IMG/VR virus record: IMGVR_UViG_3300031994_000057
Location: 1 to 64,000 of that record
DNA: 64,000 nucleotides
Source of the DNA: a virus
Lineage: Duplodnaviria; Caudoviricetes
Reading direction: 5' to 3' (one strand)
Numbering within the stretch: the stretch's first letter is position 1; every line of letters starts with the position of its first letter. Shown here in pieces: positions 59,336-64,000 of the stretch. The notes beneath the pieces are model-generated. The model was not told where the DNA came from and ran no database searches. It saw only the letters and a program-made list of their open reading frames with translations. The position numbers and the translations under genes were made by a program.

Positions 59336-60883
59336 ATGCCTATCACAAATATTGCTAATCAGTTTAGCCCTCGTAGAGGTGCCAAGACTGCTATGAATAA
59401 TCCTAGCAATCCTCAGTCAGCGATAGTTCTTAAAGCAGGTGAATTATTCATCGAATATCCCGATACCGGAGTCGGCACTGGTGCTTGTAAGGTAAAAGTC
59501 GGTGACGGCACTACACAGTATAAGGATCTTCCTTATGCCATCGAGAACGATGCTTCAGGTGCTACTATTGATTTTGATCCTGATACATCTACTACAGTAG
59601 CTACAGCACTTTCACATGTTGTTAGTGGTGCTGCTACATCTGCTATCGTTGCTGGTCTTAAGCAGGCTGTTACATTGCTTAATGGTGAAGCTATTAAGTC
59701 AATGACAGTTGACGGTAACGTTATTACAGTTACAGACAATGCTGTTTCATTTGATTCACCCGATTACACAATCGGCGTTTCTGCTGCATCTGGTACTGCT
59801 ACAGTTACATTAGGTGCTGAGTCTGGCTATGGTAAGACAGATTCTACATTCGATATTTCATCAAGTGATGGATCTATCGCTATTGATGTAACAAGTGGTG
59901 CTCTTGATCTTACAGCTAATGCTACAGGTGCAATCTCAACTGTTTATGATACAGATCTTACAGCTGCTAAGGCTGTTGTATCTGATGCTAGTGGTAAGAT
60001 TTCCGTTTCTACAGCTTCTGCTACAGAAGTTGGATACCTTGCTGGTGTTACAGGATCAATCCAGGATCAGTTAGACGCTAAGGCTGCTACTATCACTGGT
60101 GCTATCACAACAGTTGTTACAGATGACCTTACAGCTTCTAAGGTTGTTGTATCTGACACTAATGGAAAGATTGCTGCTTCTTCAGTTACTACTGCTGAAC
60201 TTGAATACCTTGCTGGTACTACTGCTTCTGTTCAGAATCAGTTAGATGGTAAGGCTGCAGCTGCTCATACACATACAGAAGATGATATCACAGGATATAT
60301 CGATGTAGCTAAACTTTATGGTGGTGCTTCAAGTGCTGGTCATAAGATTGACCTTGCATTAATTCCTCAGGGAGCACTCGAGAGACTTGTTGTCGTTGCT
60401 GATGAGGCAGCACTCCGTGCACTTACATCTTCAGATGTACAGCTTGGCGATGTTGTTAAAGTTACAGCTACAGGTCTTATGTACTTCGTTAAGGATGAGT
60501 CCGCTCTTCCTGTTGGTGCAGAAGGACAGATTTCTGACGCATTCGAAGAGTTCTCAGCTGGTACTGCTTCTTCAGTTCCTTGGAGTGGTGTAACTGGTAA
60601 GCCTGAGACATTCCCTCCTTCAACTCATACTCATACAATGAGTGAAATCACTGACCTTTACGGAAACTTCAGTGGTGCTACAAGCGCAGCAGCTGGTGCA
60701 ACAGGTTTCGTTCCTGCTCCTCAGGCTGGTGATGAAGCTAAGTACCTTTGCGGAAATGGTACATGGGTTGCATTCACAAATGCTACAACAGCAGCAGCTG
60801 GTCTTATGTCAGCTGAAGATAAGCAGGCAGTTGAACTTCTTAAGGCTGGTATCTTTGACTTTGGTGATGAGACACCCGCTTAA
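59336..60883 (+). CDS. tail fibre protein (Mtd_N-like N-terminus, Ala/Thr-rich repeats)
   Basis: SPRRG..GELFIEYPD..KVGDGTTQYKDLPY; duplicated VVSD.xGKI..S...ELxYLAG.T.S.Q.QLD.K repeat. Confidence 0.8.
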   Translation: MPITNIANQFSPRRGAKTAMNNPSNPQSAIVLKAGELFIEYPDTGVGTGACKVKVGDGTTQYKDLPYAIENDASGATIDFDPDTSTTVATALSHVVSGAATSAIVAGLKQAVTLLNGEAIKSMTVDGNVITVTDNAVSFDSPDYTIGVSAASGTATVTLGAESGYGKTDSTFDISSSDGSIAIDVTSGALDLTANATGAISTVYDTDLTAAKAVVSDASGKISVSTASATEVGYLAGVTGSIQDQLDAKAATITGAITTVVTDDLTASKVVVSDTNGKIAASSVTTAELEYLAGTTASVQNQLDGKAAAAHTHTEDDITGYIDVAKLYGGASSAGHKIDLALIPQGALERLVVVADEAALRALTSSDVQLGDVVKVTATGLMYFVKDESALPVGAEGQISDAFEEFSAGTASSVPWSGVTGKPETFPPSTHTHTMSEITDLYGNFSGATSAAAGATGFVPAPQAGDEAKYLCGNGTWVAFTNATTAAAGLMSAEDKQAVELLKAGIFDFGDETPA

Positions 60884-60969
60884 TAATCAGTCATTTAAAA
60901 ATAAATAGTGGAGTGTGTAATTTTACATGCTCCACTATTTAATAATAAATAATGGAGGTTAATGATAAA

Positions 60970-61776
60970 ATGCCAATTGATATTGCAAAAACCTTATCAC
61001 CTCGTAGAGGCAAAACCTCCGCAATGGCGACCAGTGATAAGAAGAATATAGTTCTCTCTCAAGGAGAAATATTTATAGAATATCCTAACACTGGTCTAGG
61101 TAGCAGTGGTATTTATCGCATTAAAGTCGGTGATGGAACTACAACCTATGAAAACCTGCCAGATGCATTTATATCTGATATAAGTGATTGTGACGTTACA
61201 TTTTCTGCTGATACATCGACAGATGTTACTACAGCACTTAGTCATGTAACTACTGGAGCTTCGTTAGCTACAATAGTAGCAGGTTTAAAGCAAGCTGCTC
61301 AGCTTATGCAGAACAGAGTATATTATCCTGCTAGTGTTTCATCTTCGGGCATCAGTGCAAAGACTTTGGTAGGTAAGAGTAGTACAGGCAATTATGTGTC
61401 TTTGGCACAGAATGTCACTATAGATACCAAATATCCTATTCTTTATAGTGAGACTGCTGTTACTAGTGGTTCAACTAATGCTAATGCTCTGCTTATTGCA
61501 GCAGCAGATATAAGTGGAACTAAGACTTTTAGTGATTCAGGATCGATTCTATATGCTAAGGGACTTTTAAATGGTGTATTGTTTACAATAAATGATATTA
61601 CTACAACTGCTCCTAGTACTGAGGATGGATATGAATATCTCATGCTTGGTATAACAAGTGGTTCAAATACCTTAGTTATCACTCCTAATCATGAAATCTT
61701 CAAGTATACCAATGGTGTATTTGCTAGATACTGTGATATTGGAGATTATGGATCTGAAGATCCCCTTTCAAATTAA
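60970..61776 (+). CDS. tail fibre protein (Mtd_N-like N-terminus)
   Basis: Same N-terminal module plus DTSTDVTTAL.HV..GA....IVAGLKQA. Confidence 0.75.
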   Translation: MPIDIAKTLSPRRGKTSAMATSDKKNIVLSQGEIFIEYPNTGLGSSGIYRIKVGDGTTTYENLPDAFISDISDCDVTFSADTSTDVTTALSHVTTGASLATIVAGLKQAAQLMQNRVYYPASVSSSGISAKTLVGKSSTGNYVSLAQNVTIDTKYPILYSETAVTSGSTNANALLIAAADISGTKTFSDSGSILYAKGLLNGVLFTINDITTTAPSTEDGYEYLMLGITSGSNTLVITPNHEIFKYTNGVFARYCDIGDYGSEDPLSN

Positions 61777-61861
61777 AATACACATAAATGAAACGATAAA
61801 GGTGAGATTCTATATCTCACCTTTTTCATTTATTTAATCGGATAATGGAGGAAATAATAAG

Positions 61862-62326
61862 ATGGCTACTGTAAATAAAATTCTGTTGCCTCGAAGAGGT
61901 AAAAAATCTCTTATGGAGACTACAAAAGCATCAACACTCTTGGAGTCAGGAGAATTATTCGCAGAAGTTCCTGATGAAGGCGTTGGAAAAGGTCATACTA
62001 GATTCAAGATAGGTGACGGTACAACTGTTTATAGTGATCTTCCTTATGCTTTAGGAGATACCTCCAATGATGAAATTACTTTCCTTGATACAGCAGAGAC
62101 TGATATCAATGTAGTAATTAGTAAGATAGCATCTGGTGCTAAATTAGAAACTTTAATTAAGAATATTAAGAAAGCCATTTCTATTTTAAAAGGAAATGAT
62201 GATAAGTTAAACACATCTATCAGTAATCTTACTGATAGCAATACAATTAAATACGTTAAGTTAGTTAATACTTTACCTGCAGACGCTGCATCACATCCTG
62301 ATACAGTATACTTAATCAAGTCGTAG
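61862..62326 (+). CDS. short tail fibre protein (Mtd_N-like N-terminus)
   Basis: PRRG..GELFAEVPD..KIGDGTT.YSDLPY; C-terminal LPADAASHPDTVYLI. Confidence 0.75.
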   Translation: MATVNKILLPRRGKKSLMETTKASTLLESGELFAEVPDEGVGKGHTRFKIGDGTTVYSDLPYALGDTSNDEITFLDTAETDINVVISKIASGAKLETLIKNIKKAISILKGNDDKLNTSISNLTDSNTIKYVKLVNTLPADAASHPDTVYLIKS

Positions 62327-62342
62327 AAAAGAGGTATTTGAT

Positions 62343-64000
62343 ATGGGTAAGCTTTTTATAGGCAATACCGGGTATAAAATGACTGTAGGTAATTCAAAGA
62401 TAAAACGTGCTTATTTGGGTAATACTCTTATCTATAGTGATGATGTAACTGTTGTATATCATCTTGATGATAGTATTCCCCTTACATATACAGAATACGT
62501 AGATGAGGGAGCAGATTGTCTAACTCCTAAGTCATTTAATCCTGTAGGTGTGAAGCCAGAATATACTTTCTTAGGTTGGAGATTAGATAATCAGCCTGTC
62601 AATGAAGTATTAAGCACTTGTACTGCAACTGGCTCTACCGAAATACATCTGTATGCAGTATTCTATAATACTTATACAGTAAACTTCTATAATGCATCTA
62701 CTACTAAGATTACTAAGACTTATATGATGTATTATAATAATGGAAATAGAGTACATCCTAAGATAAGTGCAGAAGATATGACTCTTAAAGCAGTTAGTTC
62801 ATTTAAGAATGCTCTTGGATGGACAGATGTACTTAATTCATTTACACAGAAATACGCTAATGGAGTTGCTATAGAGATAAAATCTAATTTAGACTTATAT
62901 TCTATATATACACAGAACTCTACACTATATATCTATAACGGTAGTGAAAGTGGTTCTATCAAGAGTGTATTTACAGCTACAAGAAATAGACAGTATAACT
63001 CATCTGCAGTATATACTGTAAATCCTTCAATAACTCTGAAGCATAACAATATAGCTGGATGGAATAATGCTGGATGGACTACTGTTAAAGATAGTACAGT
63101 ATCTACTATTAATGATGGATTACTGAATATCACTGAGGCTTATGATGGCAAATCATTATATGCTCTTTATAGTAAACAAGCAGAGATGTATATCATTAAT
63201 GGTGAGAATCGTACTCCTGATATGCCTGTTGGTGCTAAATCAACTATTACTGCTATGAGATATAGACAGATGATAGCAGATAAGGTTAATGTAATAGATC
63301 CTACTATCGTATTAGAGCATAATGAAGTACGTAGTGAAAGAAATTCTTATGTACCCAATGGATGGAATTTAGGCGATGATAATCAAACACCTGTTGCACA
63401 GGATGGTAACTTTAAATTTAGTTCTGAGTATGATGGCAAGACTTTATATGCATTGTATATAAGTGGTATTATGGTCACATGGAATACTTCTGTAAATATC
63501 ATTAATAATTATGAATATAAAGACGTATATTTCAGAATGACAGAAAGTTCACGTTCTATAACCGCTCCTAAATTTAGACAGAAAATTAAAGAAATATCAG
63601 GATGGGATATATTAGGTTGGTCAGATTCTGAATTTACAGAATTCCCTACAACTGCTACATATGGTGATAATGAAGTATTCAGCAGAACTACTAGTGTAAC
63701 TTTATTCCCTTACTTTAGAAAAGAAGTTAAACTCACAGCTACAGCTAAGGAAGTCACTACTATAGAATCTAAATATGCTTATTATAAACCTACTAATCCG
63801 AATCCTAGTATATTGTACAAATATCCTTCATTTACTATACCTAATCCTAGTGGAGATACAGAAACACCTGTTAAGTACTTCTTAGGATGGTCTAATGATA
63901 AGAATAAGACAGATATTGTATATCCTGCTATAGATAATATCACATTACAAGATTCTGTTCATATCTATGCGGTATGGAAGATTAAAGATATCCTAGTAAA
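62343..64000 (+). CDS. InlB B-repeat / Listeria-Bacteroides-like repeat protein, 3'-truncated (absent from ORF track)
   Basis: Hand translation is open from ATG 62343 to the window end, with about 6 repeats of GW...(L/I)YA(V/L)(F/Y/W). Confidence 0.75.
   Translation, partial: MGKLFIGNTGYKMTVGNSKIKRAYLGNTLIYSDDVTVVYHLDDSIPLTYTEYVDEGADCLTPKSFNPVGVKPEYTFLGWRLDNQPVNEVLSTCTATGSTEIHLYAVFYNTYTVNFYNASTTKITKTYMMYYNNGNRVHPKISAEDMTLKAVSSFKNALGWTDVLNSFTQKYANGVAIEIKSNLDLYSIYTQNSTLYIYNGSESGSIKSVFTATRNRQYNSSAVYTVNPSITLKHNNIAGWNNAGWTTVKDSTVSTINDGLLNITEAYDGKSLYALYSKQAEMYIINGENRTPDMPVGAKSTITAMRYRQMIADKVNVIDPTIVLEHNEVRSERNSYVPNGWNLGDDNQTPVAQDGNFKFSSEYDGKTLYALYISGIMVTWNTSVNIINNYEYKDVYFRMTESSRSITAPKFRQKIKEISGWDILGWSDSEFTEFPTTATYGDNEVFSRTTSVTLFPYFRKEVKLTATAKEVTTIESKYAYYKPTNPNPSILYKYPSFTIPNPSGDTETPVKYFLGWSNDKNKTDIVYPAIDNITLQDSVHIYAVWKIKDILV

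Noticed and set aside
58819-62326. Diversity-generating retroelement suggested by Mtd_N-like domains
   Set aside because: No RT, Avd or adenine-specific TR/VR pair is seen here.
1-64000. Stop-codon recoding (code 15 or 4) as in some gut jumbo phages
   Set aside because: Conserved genes are full length in code 11, and TAG/TGA serve as normal stops.

Overview
AT-rich 64-kb segment of a jumbo tailed phage in the standard genetic code. Strong GGAGG Shine-Dalgarno sites and a Clostridia-like TasA-type domain suggest a Bacillota host. Gene content and promoter motifs point to the AR9/PBS1-phiKZ-like lineage: a split family-B DNA polymerase half, a chaperonin two genes upstream of a probable sigma-like non-virion RNAP subunit, TerL, gp25/gp26/gp51-like baseplate genes, RusA, SSB, primase, a GT2 glycosyltransferase and a tail-fibre cluster. 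Two group I introns are present: an ORF-less one in TerL with a non-canonical junction, and an HNH-carrying one in the sigma-like gene. Two promoter classes can be read directly: an early-type AAAAGT-N7-TTCAATWATATAWTATA and an AR9 late-type NAC[A/T]-N6-TA. The main unexplained signal is a family of eight ~330-420 bp cassettes in three clusters (9.8-10.6, 28.1-28.7 and 49.1-50.6 kb), which the ORF track almost entirely misses. Each has an early-type promoter, a 14-22 nt leader, an RBS and a 35-57 aa ORF, then an inverted copy of its own leader placed immediately after a convergent late-type promoter. This suggests structured small-protein mRNAs paired with stage-specific antisense RNAs (type I toxin-antitoxin-like logic). 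Two further free-standing structured RNA candidates lie at 26.7 kb and 51.6 kb. No database searches were run: family names come from motif recognition and recalled literature.
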